This document shows, piece by piece, positions 16,087 to 24,000 of a stretch of 24,000 nucleotides of DNA. The stretch is from an uncultured archaeon. Its GTDB lineage: Archaea; Asgardarchaeota; Heimdallarchaeia; Heimdallarchaeales; Heimdallarchaeaceae. Numbering within the stretch: position 1 is the stretch's first letter; every line of letters starts with the position of its first letter. The stretch lies in assembly GCA_964534625.1 (NCBI GenBank), contig CAZHRF010000036.1:1-24000 (forward strand), read 5' to 3'. Both the position numbers and the translations under genes were made by a program. A model generated the notes under the pieces. It was given only the letters and a program-made list of their open reading frames with translations, was not told where the DNA came from and made no database searches.

Positions 16087-17496
16087 TCATAAATTGTTAT
16101 TAAAATATGATTCAAATTCTTGATTACTCAATATTCTATTCAATTCAGTATCTAATCTACTCTGTTCCATCATCAAACTACGTAATAGTTCATTCATTTT
16201 TCTAGTATTCCCTATTGTTTTTCTTCTTTGAATTAAGGACATTATTCTCCGTCTATTTTCTAAAAGTTTAGCTCTTAAATTATCGATAATTACTCGTTTA
16301 CTGTCTTTTCTTCTAATTTCAGTTCTCACTTCTCGTTTGTTTAACAAATAACCTTTTAAGAACTCCATATGTTCTTCATTGTTACGTTTCAAAAGATTAA
16401 TTGGTACAGTTTGATCCCGTATTTTTTCTATAATCTTTATGTTACTTATATTATAGTCGATATAATTATTTTTAATTTCAAAATACGTAGGAAGTTCATT
16501 AATTACTTTTTTTCTTCCAATCAACTTGTATATATCAGTATTTGTACGGAATTGTAACATTTCACCAAAAAAGAAAGACTCTTCCTTTGTTGGAGAAGTG
16601 AAAGAGAACAAACTAACAACACGGTCTAGTTTGATTCTAACATTGAAAAGTCCTTTCTCCCTTAAGAAATACAGATTATTGGTGGTAAAAACTAAGGTAT
16701 ACTTTTTAATTAAACCATTATTAATCCTCACATTAATTCTAGGAATGATAGCAATCAGTTCTTCTTGGGTTGAAGGTAATACTCTATGTATCTTTTTTAG
16801 TAAAGACCAATGATAGATAATATAATCAGTCTTTTTTTCAACCTTTTTGAATTCAAGTTCAAGATTATTAATTGATTTATTGATATTTTGTTTTAAATTG
16901 TCAAACCGAGTATCAAGAGCAGAAAGTAATTCTTCTGTAATCTCTATATGTTTAAGACTGACAAATCGCAAATAGTTCACAGATTCCAGTCGCTTCTTGA
17001 TCATAGAAAAAGCTTCTGAATCAAATTTTCGTAAGTGGTCAATGAATTCACTAATTTTTACCTGTAAAATAGTCAATTCTTGCTCTATCTCAGGAAATAG
17101 TTTGAGTTTGGCTTGTCGTCCTAGATGAACAATTTTAACTAGGTTATTGAATCTGTCAGTTAGATTCCTGATCGGCCCATAATACTCATATAAGCGGTCA
17201 TAACTTTTGTAAATCCTACTTGGAAGACTCTCATGATATGATTCGCCATCTTCAACGGTAGGACTACCACACATCTTACAAAACTTTAGTGCCATATATT
17301 TGGTGTGGTGTATATTGGTTTTACATTTATTACATATAGGTTCATTAGACTCTCTTTTGCAGTTATAGCAATAATAATTAACACTCCGTGTATAAACATG
17401 TTCTTTACAGAGAATGTTTTTACAAGATGTACAATAATATTTAGCTTGTAGAGAACAATAATTACAGTTAACAACCATGGGCATGAGAACCACCAA
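16087..17496 (-). CDS. B-box/FYVE-like zinc-finger + coiled-coil protein with possible PH/GRAM-like region
   Basis: 469 aa; N-terminal CxxC-x6-CxxC-x4-CxxH-x9-CxxC followed by ICNKC...CKMC; long helical middle; beta-rich 'KYTLVFTTNNLYFLREKGLFNVRIKLDRVVSLFSF'; basic helical C-terminus. Confidence 0.65.
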   Translation of the reverse strand: MVVLMPMVVNCNYCSLQAKYYCTSCKNILCKEHVYTRSVNYYCYNCKRESNEPICNKCKTNIHHTKYMALKFCKMCGSPTVEDGESYHESLPSRIYKSYDRLYEYYGPIRNLTDRFNNLVKIVHLGRQAKLKLFPEIEQELTILQVKISEFIDHLRKFDSEAFSMIKKRLESVNYLRFVSLKHIEITEELLSALDTRFDNLKQNINKSINNLELEFKKVEKKTDYIIYHWSLLKKIHRVLPSTQEELIAIIPRINVRINNGLIKKYTLVFTTNNLYFLREKGLFNVRIKLDRVVSLFSFTSPTKEESFFFGEMLQFRTNTDIYKLIGRKKVINELPTYFEIKNNYIDYNISNIKIIEKIRDQTVPINLLKRNNEEHMEFLKGYLLNKREVRTEIRRKDSKRVIIDNLRAKLLENRRRIMSLIQRRKTIGNTRKMNELLRSLMMEQSRLDTELNRILSNQEFESYFNNNL

Positions 17497-17580
17497 TAAG
17501 AAAATTTGGTGAGATTCTTTTTAATAAAATGTAATATCCAGAAGATGATTGAGAGAAGATATAATGAACTACCTCACCCT

Positions 17581-17657
17581 AAAGGATTTTCCCCTCCTTT
17601 CTTAGTTCTTTTTTATTCAAAAAAACTTTGTATTCTAAAAGCGCATTGCTTTTTTTT
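17581..17657 (+). terminator. Two hairpin + T-run elements (terminator-like) in an intergenic region
   Basis: AAAGGA(17581-17586)/TCCTTT(17595-17600) followed by T6 at ~17609-17614; AAAAGC(17637-17642)/GCTTTT(17648-17653) running into T8 at 17650-17657. Confidence 0.35.
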
Positions 17658-17967
17658 CGCCATTCATCCCACCCCTCAAGGAGTGAGCATTCTAGCTATA
17701 TTATAGTAAAAGTAGCTTTAAGTAGCTTCAATGAAAGGCAAATAAAATGAGAATAAGAGTGGAGTAGTATAGAGGATATAATCTAAAAACTAATCAATAA
17801 AAACACAAAAAGAGTTTAATGATATCTAAATTAGAGAAGAGCCCAATCTGTGACTATTTATAATAAGGGGGGTGAAATTTATTTATTTTTCTATTCATAG
17901 TCTAACCTTAGAAGTTATAACAGAGAGATGAAAAAGATAATTAAAAACCCTTGTAAGAGGTAAATAG

Positions 17968-19107
17968 ATGATTGAAAAAAAACCTACTCCAACTATGTTC
18001 ATTCTTCATGCTTATCAACCAGTTACACAAGAAAAAAAGGTATTCCAACGTATAATTGAAAATTGTTATGTACCTTTCTTTAAAAGGTTAAGAGAAAATA
18101 AAAACGCAAAAATTGTTTTAAATATTACTGGTTGTTTAATTGAACGACTAGTCAAAGAGAATGCGAAGGTTATTGAATTAATACAAGCCAATATTCAAAG
18201 TGGACAAATTGACTTGATGGGGTCAGCTTTTTATCATCCTATTTTACCCTTCCTATCCCCCAAAGAAATCCAATATCAGATACAAAAACAGACAAATATA
18301 ATACGTAAAGAATTCAATTATGACCCTCAAATATTCTTTCCGCCTGAATTAGCAATTAGCCCGGACATTATTGAATCAATAATAGATGAAGGATTCAAAG
18401 CAATTATTGGTCCAACCAATAGTCACCAATTTACATTCAGAGGCTTATATGAAACATTAGAAAAAAACATCATTATTTTAAATAGGGAAAAAAATATCAG
18501 CAATGGTATTTCTTTTAACGGATACAAGGGTCAAATTGAATCTGTTATTTATGATATTAGAAGTTCTTTTGAGCAACACCAATACCCAGTCATCATAGCC
18601 ATGGACTTGGAAACATATGGAGAACACATCCCCAATTATTATCAATTTTTTTATAGATTAGCTTCAAAACTTTTAACCATCACACACAAAGAATTATTAG
18701 AGCAATTTTCAGTTAAAAAAACCATCAACAATTTGATCCCTTCTTCTTGGTCGACTTCAGTAGATGATTTGAAGCAGGGGATATACTTTCCCTTGTGGGA
18801 TCATCCAGATAATAGCATACATCAATTACAACACTTACATACTTCACTCTTAGATTATTGTATTGAACACGTTTCTGTTGATGAGAGCACATATGACAAG
18901 TATCAAGCATCAAAATATTCATGTCAATATTGGTGGGCGTCAGGACATTGGTGGAGTAAAAAACTAATTAGGTTAGGTTTAGACTACCAAAAAGATGTTT
19001 TAAGCTTGATTTCCCCTCACTTGCCCTCAAATACAAAGCAAGCAGTTATAAAGCAATCTGAAAATATTATTAGACGTATTGACAGAATATTAGATATTAA
19101 GAAGTGA
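17968..19107 (+). CDS. GH57 family glycoside hydrolase (alpha-glucan acting)
   Basis: 379 aa; HAYQP (variant of HxHQP), 'IFFPPELAISPDI' with candidate nucleophile Glu, 'AMDLETYGEHI' motif 4, 'YWWASGHWW'; AGAGGT upstream of the ATG. Confidence 0.83.
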   Translation: MIEKKPTPTMFILHAYQPVTQEKKVFQRIIENCYVPFFKRLRENKNAKIVLNITGCLIERLVKENAKVIELIQANIQSGQIDLMGSAFYHPILPFLSPKEIQYQIQKQTNIIRKEFNYDPQIFFPPELAISPDIIESIIDEGFKAIIGPTNSHQFTFRGLYETLEKNIIILNREKNISNGISFNGYKGQIESVIYDIRSSFEQHQYPVIIAMDLETYGEHIPNYYQFFYRLASKLLTITHKELLEQFSVKKTINNLIPSSWSTSVDDLKQGIYFPLWDHPDNSIHQLQHLHTSLLDYCIEHVSVDESTYDKYQASKYSCQYWWASGHWWSKKLIRLGLDYQKDVLSLISPHLPSNTKQAVIKQSENIIRRIDRILDIKK

Positions 19108-19113
19108 GAGATT

Positions 19114-20574
19114 ATGAAGGTTGTATTTTGTTCTGCTGAGGTCTTCCCGTTTTCAAAAACTGGGGGATTAGCAGATGTATCCAATTCTATCCCAAAAGAA
19201 ATAAGCAAGTTAGGACATGATGTAGTTATTATTACTCCATTATACAAATTTATTAACCTAGAAGATTACTCCATTGAGTTAAAAAATGAACACTTGTATA
19301 CATTTATCGGAGACTTCAGAGAAACATTTGCTTTATATGAATCTATTTTACCTGATAGTGATGTAAGAGTTTACTTTGTTAGACATCCATATTTATACAG
19401 AGACGGAATTTACACAGATAATGATGATGAAGAGTATCCCGACAATGCAATGAGATTTTTATTTTTTAGCAAAGTTATATTTGCTGTTTTAGAGTATCTC
19501 TCTTTTTCACCAGATATAATCCACGTTAATGATTGGCATACTGGTCTTGTTCCCTTTTTTCATAAAACGGAGTTTATAAAAAAGTATTATTTTAAAGACA
19601 CAAAAACAGTTTTCACTATTCATAACATAGGGTATCAAGGGAGTTATGCTTTTGATAAAATCAGTCGTGCTGATATTCCGGACAAATATTTTACTGAAGA
19701 CTTTATTGTTCATTATGATTTAGCCAATTTTATGAAGACAGGCATAGTCTTTGCAGATATAGTTACAACAGTTAGTCAACAATATAGTATAGAGATAGGC
19801 ACTAAAGAATATGGACATGGATTGGAAGGTTCAATTCAAAAACGTAAGAACGATTTATATGGCATTGTACATGGTATTGATTACTCACAATGGGATCCTA
19901 AAACAGATCCATATATTGAAACTAATTATGATCATACAGAATTAAAAGGCAAAAAGGAATGTAAGAGGGCGTTACAACAAGAATTGGGCCTTGAACAAAC
20001 AGATAAGCCACTATTAGGCATTGTTTCTCGTCTCGCTTATCAGAAAGGTCTAGATTTGGTACTCGAAAAATTTGATGAAATACTTGGATTAGGTGTCCAA
20101 CTAGTCTTATTAGGGACAGGAGATAAGCAACTTGAAAAACAATTTAAAGAAAAACAAAAAGAATATCCACATAACTGTTCTATAAACATCACTTTCAACA
20201 ACGAACTAGCTCACAAAATTGAAGCAGGAGTAGATCTATTTTTAATGCCCTCACGTTATGAACCATGTGGATTAAACCAAATGTATTCAATGATTTATGG
20301 TACTATCCCTATTGTCAGAAAGACTGGTGGTTTGGCGGATACAGTTCAAGAGTACAATTTGAAAAAGCAAACAGGAAATGGTTTTATATTTGAAAATTAT
20401 GATCCCGATGAATTTTTGGATGCAATTAAACGAGCTGTCCAGCTTTATAAAAACAGACCTAAGTTGTGGAAATCTCTTGTCAAAAAAGTAATGCAAATTG
20501 ATTTTGCATGGAAAAAAGTTGCAAAAGAATGGGAGAGAATATACAAAAAAGTTCATTCTTTGTGTAATATGTAA
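19114..20574 (+). CDS. glgA: Glycogen/starch synthase, GT5 family
   Basis: 486 aa; N-terminal KTGGLADVSNSIPKEI, 'HVNDWHTGLVPFF', 'GIVSRLAYQKGLDL', 'PSRYEPCGLNQMYSMIYGTIPIVRKTGGLADTV'; 6 nt after the GH57 stop. Confidence 0.96.
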   Translation: MKVVFCSAEVFPFSKTGGLADVSNSIPKEISKLGHDVVIITPLYKFINLEDYSIELKNEHLYTFIGDFRETFALYESILPDSDVRVYFVRHPYLYRDGIYTDNDDEEYPDNAMRFLFFSKVIFAVLEYLSFSPDIIHVNDWHTGLVPFFHKTEFIKKYYFKDTKTVFTIHNIGYQGSYAFDKISRADIPDKYFTEDFIVHYDLANFMKTGIVFADIVTTVSQQYSIEIGTKEYGHGLEGSIQKRKNDLYGIVHGIDYSQWDPKTDPYIETNYDHTELKGKKECKRALQQELGLEQTDKPLLGIVSRLAYQKGLDLVLEKFDEILGLGVQLVLLGTGDKQLEKQFKEKQKEYPHNCSINITFNNELAHKIEAGVDLFLMPSRYEPCGLNQMYSMIYGTIPIVRKTGGLADTVQEYNLKKQTGNGFIFENYDPDEFLDAIKRAVQLYKNRPKLWKSLVKKVMQIDFAWKKVAKEWERIYKKVHSLCNM

Positions 20575-20597
20575 AGTTCATTCTTTGTGTAATATGT
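20548..20597. repeat. Perfect 25-bp tandem direct duplication (2 copies) at the convergent glgA/GH13 junction
   Basis: AAAGTTCATTCTTTGTGTAATATGT at 20548-20572 and again at 20573-20597. Confidence 0.97.
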
Positions 20598-23500
20598 TTT
20601 TTACTTTATATTCCGAATCTTCTGCTTTCCTCTTCAAATTTTTCATGGATTCTTGTAAAGCAAATATCGGTTTTTGATCTTCTTCTCCTCTAATGATTTT
20701 GTTTTTATATTCAAGAAGTGATAACAGATATAACCATTCTATAAATGTCTCATATTTTTCTTTATTGAACCATAAGACACCTTTAAAATCGTTTACTTCA
20801 AGATAAGATGTCCCTTTGACATCATTAAACAAGGTATCAAATAGAGTTTTATAGTCCGCTCTCTCTACTGGCATTTTTCTAGTAACTATAAGCAAAGGGA
20901 GTAAATTCAATATCGTCTCAGGATTAAATTCTGTTTTTTCTTTGACAATTTGTTCAATTACGTGTTTTAAGAATAACTCATCCATCATTCCCAAAGTAAT
21001 TGTATTTACATTTTTTGTATCAATAAGCTTCCCTATATCCTTTAACAATAAATTCAGTATTATTATAAGATAGAGTCCTTCTTTCTTGTTTTCCGACAGA
21101 AGATGACCCACATATTCTTCACATAAAATCTTACTTTCCTTTGCTTGTTCTAAATTGTTTTTTAGATAAATTAAATTCAGTAATTGGTTCTTGAAGTGAG
21201 TGAGCATTTCTTCTACTATTTCTTGATTTTTTGTCTCTACTTTTCTAATCACTTCTTCAATAAACACCTTATAACTTGTAAGTGCTGTATCTATTTTTCC
21301 TTCTTTAATACCTTTTGTGCACCTTTCTACACTTTGTTTAAATGCACTATGAACGTGCTTGAAATTAATTAATCTTATTTCATTACGTATACTTTTTGTT
21401 CCTCTCCCCTTTAGCTCTTTGTATACTTCTGCGTATAACTCATTTCTTGTATCTTTTATCTCATAAAAATTAACGAATACATGATATTGATACGCATTTA
21501 GCTCAATATACAAGCCCTTACTGTGTATTTCTTTACTCTTTCTGATATATTTCAATCCACTTATACTATCTTTAAAACAACAAAAATATCCTCTTTTATT
21601 GGTTAAATTGAGAACGTTAGCTAAAGTTGTTGTTTTCTTTATCTTTTCTTCAGCTGTCTTCACCACATATGCTTCTGAATCTTTTATCCAACCTCTGGCT
21701 TCTGCATATTTATTGTGATATAAAACCAATGACTGCTCATTTTCTATGCCATTTGAATATGCAAATATATTTTCTTGTACGTTTCCAGTTCCGTCTTTTA
21801 CATTATATAACCGGAAATTTTTACTTTCAGCAAATAAATACCTTTTTCTAAGCAATGGGACAATTATATTTTCATGTTTATTTACCAGTTCAATATCTTC
21901 TCTTTCATCCCAATACGCCTGTCTATATTCCATCCCATATTTTTCTGAGAAACCTTGAAACTGTCCATGTCCAAACATTGGAAGGCCAGGTAAAGTTGCC
22001 AATAAAACACAAACCCCGAAGTATTTATCTCCTTTCCCAAATTGTATAACAGCCGGTTCTTCATCTGGATTATTCATAAAATTAACAAAACGCTTCAAAA
22101 TTTCTGGATCAAACTCTAATGTGTTTTTTATTGTCTCTCGATATTTTTGATTTTCCTCATTTTTCAACATGTTCATGAATGCACTATTATAGACTCTGTG
22201 CATCCCCAAACTTCTTACAAAATACCCTTCTAATAACCAAAATGCTTCAGCTAATAGAAGCGTATTTGGTGCTTCTTGAGCTATTCTATCTACAACTTCT
22301 CTCCAGAACTCTTTAGGCATTAACTTATCAAATTCTTCTTTTGATAAACCATGTTCTGCACGAGAGGGTATTCCACCCCCTTTTCCCGGTTCAGGATACC
22401 ATAACCGTTGAAAATGTTGTTTTGTTAGGACCATGGCGGCATCAAACCTAATTATAGGAAAGAGTTTTGCTACATGAATTATTTTATTTATTACTGCCTC
22501 TCTCACTCTTTCTTTTAAAAAGTCTAATTGTGCTGTGTCATTCCAAGGCATATCCGTACCGTCATTTCCATGATAAATATAATTAACAGCGCCATTCTGG
22601 AAATCTACTCTTTTAAAGACTACAGCAGCATCAGTTCTAGTATAATAGTGGTCTTCCAAGTATAGTCCCATCCTAGGATCTGAAGACAAGTTTTCTCCTT
22701 CAAAGATATATGAAGGAAAGGGACTTTCTAATACTGATATAAACCAATCTGGATGTTCAATTAACCACTTGGAATCTAAGCCAGTATGATTAGGTACCAT
22801 ATCACCAGATAACCTTATTCCACGTTTTTTTGTTTGATCCTTTAAATATACGTAAGATTCATATCCACCTAGATCTGTGGCTATTTGATAATCATATAAT
22901 GAATACGCAGAAGCTTCTGCTTCCGGATTGCCCATTTTTCGTTTAATTTTTTTAGATATTTTGCTTCTTTCCCAAAGTCCAATTAACCATAAGGCATTAA
23001 ATCCCCATTTGGCCAATTGATCTAGTTCCTCGTCTGGTATTTCATCCAATCGGGATATTGGACGCTTATATTTTTTCGATAATTGATTCAACCAGACATA
23101 AGTATTCTTTGCTACAAGAACTACTTTGGGCATCCAATTTTCATCCGGGCTATATCTCTCTTGTCCTTCTATTCCTTCATAATACAAAATGTGAGCTTCA
23201 CCCGGCCCTCCTCCTCTAAAAACTTGTTCTTCCTCGATTACACCTATACTTGTAAGTATTCTACTTATCATATGTTCTGGCAGGAAATCCCAATTTTTCT
23301 GTATATAATCCAATTGATCTTTCAGATCAGAGGAATGTACAATAGGTTTAAATATAAAATCAACAAGAGTTTCATTTTTGAAAGATTTTGTTTGCAATTC
23401 TTCCTTTATACGATGGGTAAAATCTTTATATTCGGTTATTTTTTTTATGTCTTCATCCGAAATTAAATAACGAGAACCTTCTATTGCCAAATTACTATTG

Positions 23501-23955
23501 TGAATATCTAGTAGCGCTATTTCTGTTAGTGTTTTTATTAATTCAGTTTCATCAGCAAGAATTTCTTCAACGTGTTCATCAATAGTTTTTTTTTCTAATA
23601 AAACATCGAAAATAGGAAAATTAAAGGCATGTACTTTTATTACCTCTCGTAACTCTTCTTTTGTATAAACAGAATCTAATTTGTTAATTATCCCCTCAAA
23701 TGGATTGTTCCCCACTTCTTTTTCGTATGTATGTATCACTTCCCTAAATGCTTGATCTATAAGAGAGACACCGTTCAATTCTCCAGCCCTCACCATCTTT
23801 TGTTGATCTTGACTTTTTTCCTTATCCAGTCTCTCATTAATTATTTTTGCAAATATTCTTGCTTGGTAGATAGTAGACAAATCTAACCCTTTACCTTTAG
23901 ACAAAAAAGATTCATTTATTCCCTCAATTTGGTAAAACTCTCTTCGAATGTACAT
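20578..23955 (-). CDS. Large multidomain GH13 (alpha-amylase superfamily) enzyme
   Basis: 1125 aa; GDMVPNHTG (region I), IRFDAAMVL (region II nucleophile Asp), LLLAEAFW (region III Glu), 'FVNFMNNPDEEPA' (region IV); long N-terminal (~340 aa) and helical C-terminal (~230 aa) regions flank the barrel. Confidence 0.9.
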   Translation of the reverse strand: MYIRREFYQIEGINESFLSKGKGLDLSTIYQARIFAKIINERLDKEKSQDQQKMVRAGELNGVSLIDQAFREVIHTYEKEVGNNPFEGIINKLDSVYTKEELREVIKVHAFNFPIFDVLLEKKTIDEHVEEILADETELIKTLTEIALLDIHNSNLAIEGSRYLISDEDIKKITEYKDFTHRIKEELQTKSFKNETLVDFIFKPIVHSSDLKDQLDYIQKNWDFLPEHMISRILTSIGVIEEEQVFRGGGPGEAHILYYEGIEGQERYSPDENWMPKVVLVAKNTYVWLNQLSKKYKRPISRLDEIPDEELDQLAKWGFNALWLIGLWERSKISKKIKRKMGNPEAEASAYSLYDYQIATDLGGYESYVYLKDQTKKRGIRLSGDMVPNHTGLDSKWLIEHPDWFISVLESPFPSYIFEGENLSSDPRMGLYLEDHYYTRTDAAVVFKRVDFQNGAVNYIYHGNDGTDMPWNDTAQLDFLKERVREAVINKIIHVAKLFPIIRFDAAMVLTKQHFQRLWYPEPGKGGGIPSRAEHGLSKEEFDKLMPKEFWREVVDRIAQEAPNTLLLAEAFWLLEGYFVRSLGMHRVYNSAFMNMLKNEENQKYRETIKNTLEFDPEILKRFVNFMNNPDEEPAVIQFGKGDKYFGVCVLLATLPGLPMFGHGQFQGFSEKYGMEYRQAYWDEREDIELVNKHENIIVPLLRKRYLFAESKNFRLYNVKDGTGNVQENIFAYSNGIENEQSLVLYHNKYAEARGWIKDSEAYVVKTAEEKIKKTTTLANVLNLTNKRGYFCCFKDSISGLKYIRKSKEIHSKGLYIELNAYQYHVFVNFYEIKDTRNELYAEVYKELKGRGTKSIRNEIRLINFKHVHSAFKQSVERCTKGIKEGKIDTALTSYKVFIEEVIRKVETKNQEIVEEMLTHFKNQLLNLIYLKNNLEQAKESKILCEEYVGHLLSENKKEGLYLIIILNLLLKDIGKLIDTKNVNTITLGMMDELFLKHVIEQIVKEKTEFNPETILNLLPLLIVTRKMPVERADYKTLFDTLFNDVKGTSYLEVNDFKGVLWFNKEKYETFIEWLYLLSLLEYKNKIIRGEEDQKPIFALQESMKNLKRKAEDSEYKVKNILHKE

Positions 23956-23967
23956 TTACCTTTCCAC

Positions 23968-24000
23968 CTATTCTGTAGCAAAAGATGTTTCTATTTCTTC
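23968..24000 (-). CDS. Possible 3' end of an upstream gene running off the window
   Basis: Reverse-strand reading GAA GAA ATA GAA ACA TCT TTT GCT ACA GAA TAG (..EEIETSFATE*) ends 12 nt before the GH13 ATG. Confidence 0.3.
   Translation of the reverse strand, partial: EEIETSFATE

Noticed and set aside
17506-17706. 66-aa + strand ORF in the intergenic region before GH57
   Set aside because: Unusual composition, contains the hairpin/T-run elements, no recognisable start context or family; more likely non-coding.
21184-23466. Several 60-127 aa ORFs opposite or within the GH13 gene
   Set aside because: All are contained in the 1125-aa GH13 coding region with conserved catalytic motifs.
1-24000. 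CRISPR array, tRNA/rRNA genes, transposon/IS element or prophage
   Set aside because: No regularly spaced repeats, no recognisable tRNA cloverleaf or rRNA segments and no transposase/integrase/phage ORFs were seen by eye; a tRNAscan/Infernal run would be decisive.

Overview
AT-rich archaeal window. Its gene content points to an Asgard archaeon of the Heimdallarchaeia type (inference; no taxonomic marker was searched). The centrepiece, ~4.7-12.2 kb, is a compact ubiquitin-ESCRT locus built as two convergent arrays. The + strand array is: ubiquitin (ends exactly in GG), E1-like enzyme with a candidate catalytic Cys and C-terminal UFD-like tail, a 475-aa protein that reads as a single-chain ESCRT-I (Cys-less UEV + coiled coil + steadiness box + Vps28 N and C domains), a ~100-aa helical orphan, and an EAP30/Vps22-36-like ESCRT-II subunit. 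The - strand array is: CHMP1-3-like ESCRT-III, CHMP4-7-like ESCRT-III, MIT-AAA Vps4, and Vps25-like. No catalytic E2, RING E3 or JAMM/Rpn11 protease is present in the window. Flanking genes: hutI/hutH, a calcineurin-like phosphoesterase and a PDCD5-like gene on the left. On the right are a 122-aa orphan, rnfC/rnfD-like genes without other Rnf subunits, two Zn-finger proteins (one with a B-box/FYVE-like finger, coiled coil and possible PH/GRAM-like region), and a glycogen/alpha-glucan block (GH57, GT5 glycogen synthase, large GH13). Notable non-coding signals: a nested inverted repeat between the PDCD5-like gene and ubiquitin, hairpins with T-runs upstream of the GH57 gene, and a perfect 25-bp tandem duplication that forms the 3' ends of both convergent genes glgA and GH13. 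No tRNA, rRNA, CRISPR array or mobile element was recognised.
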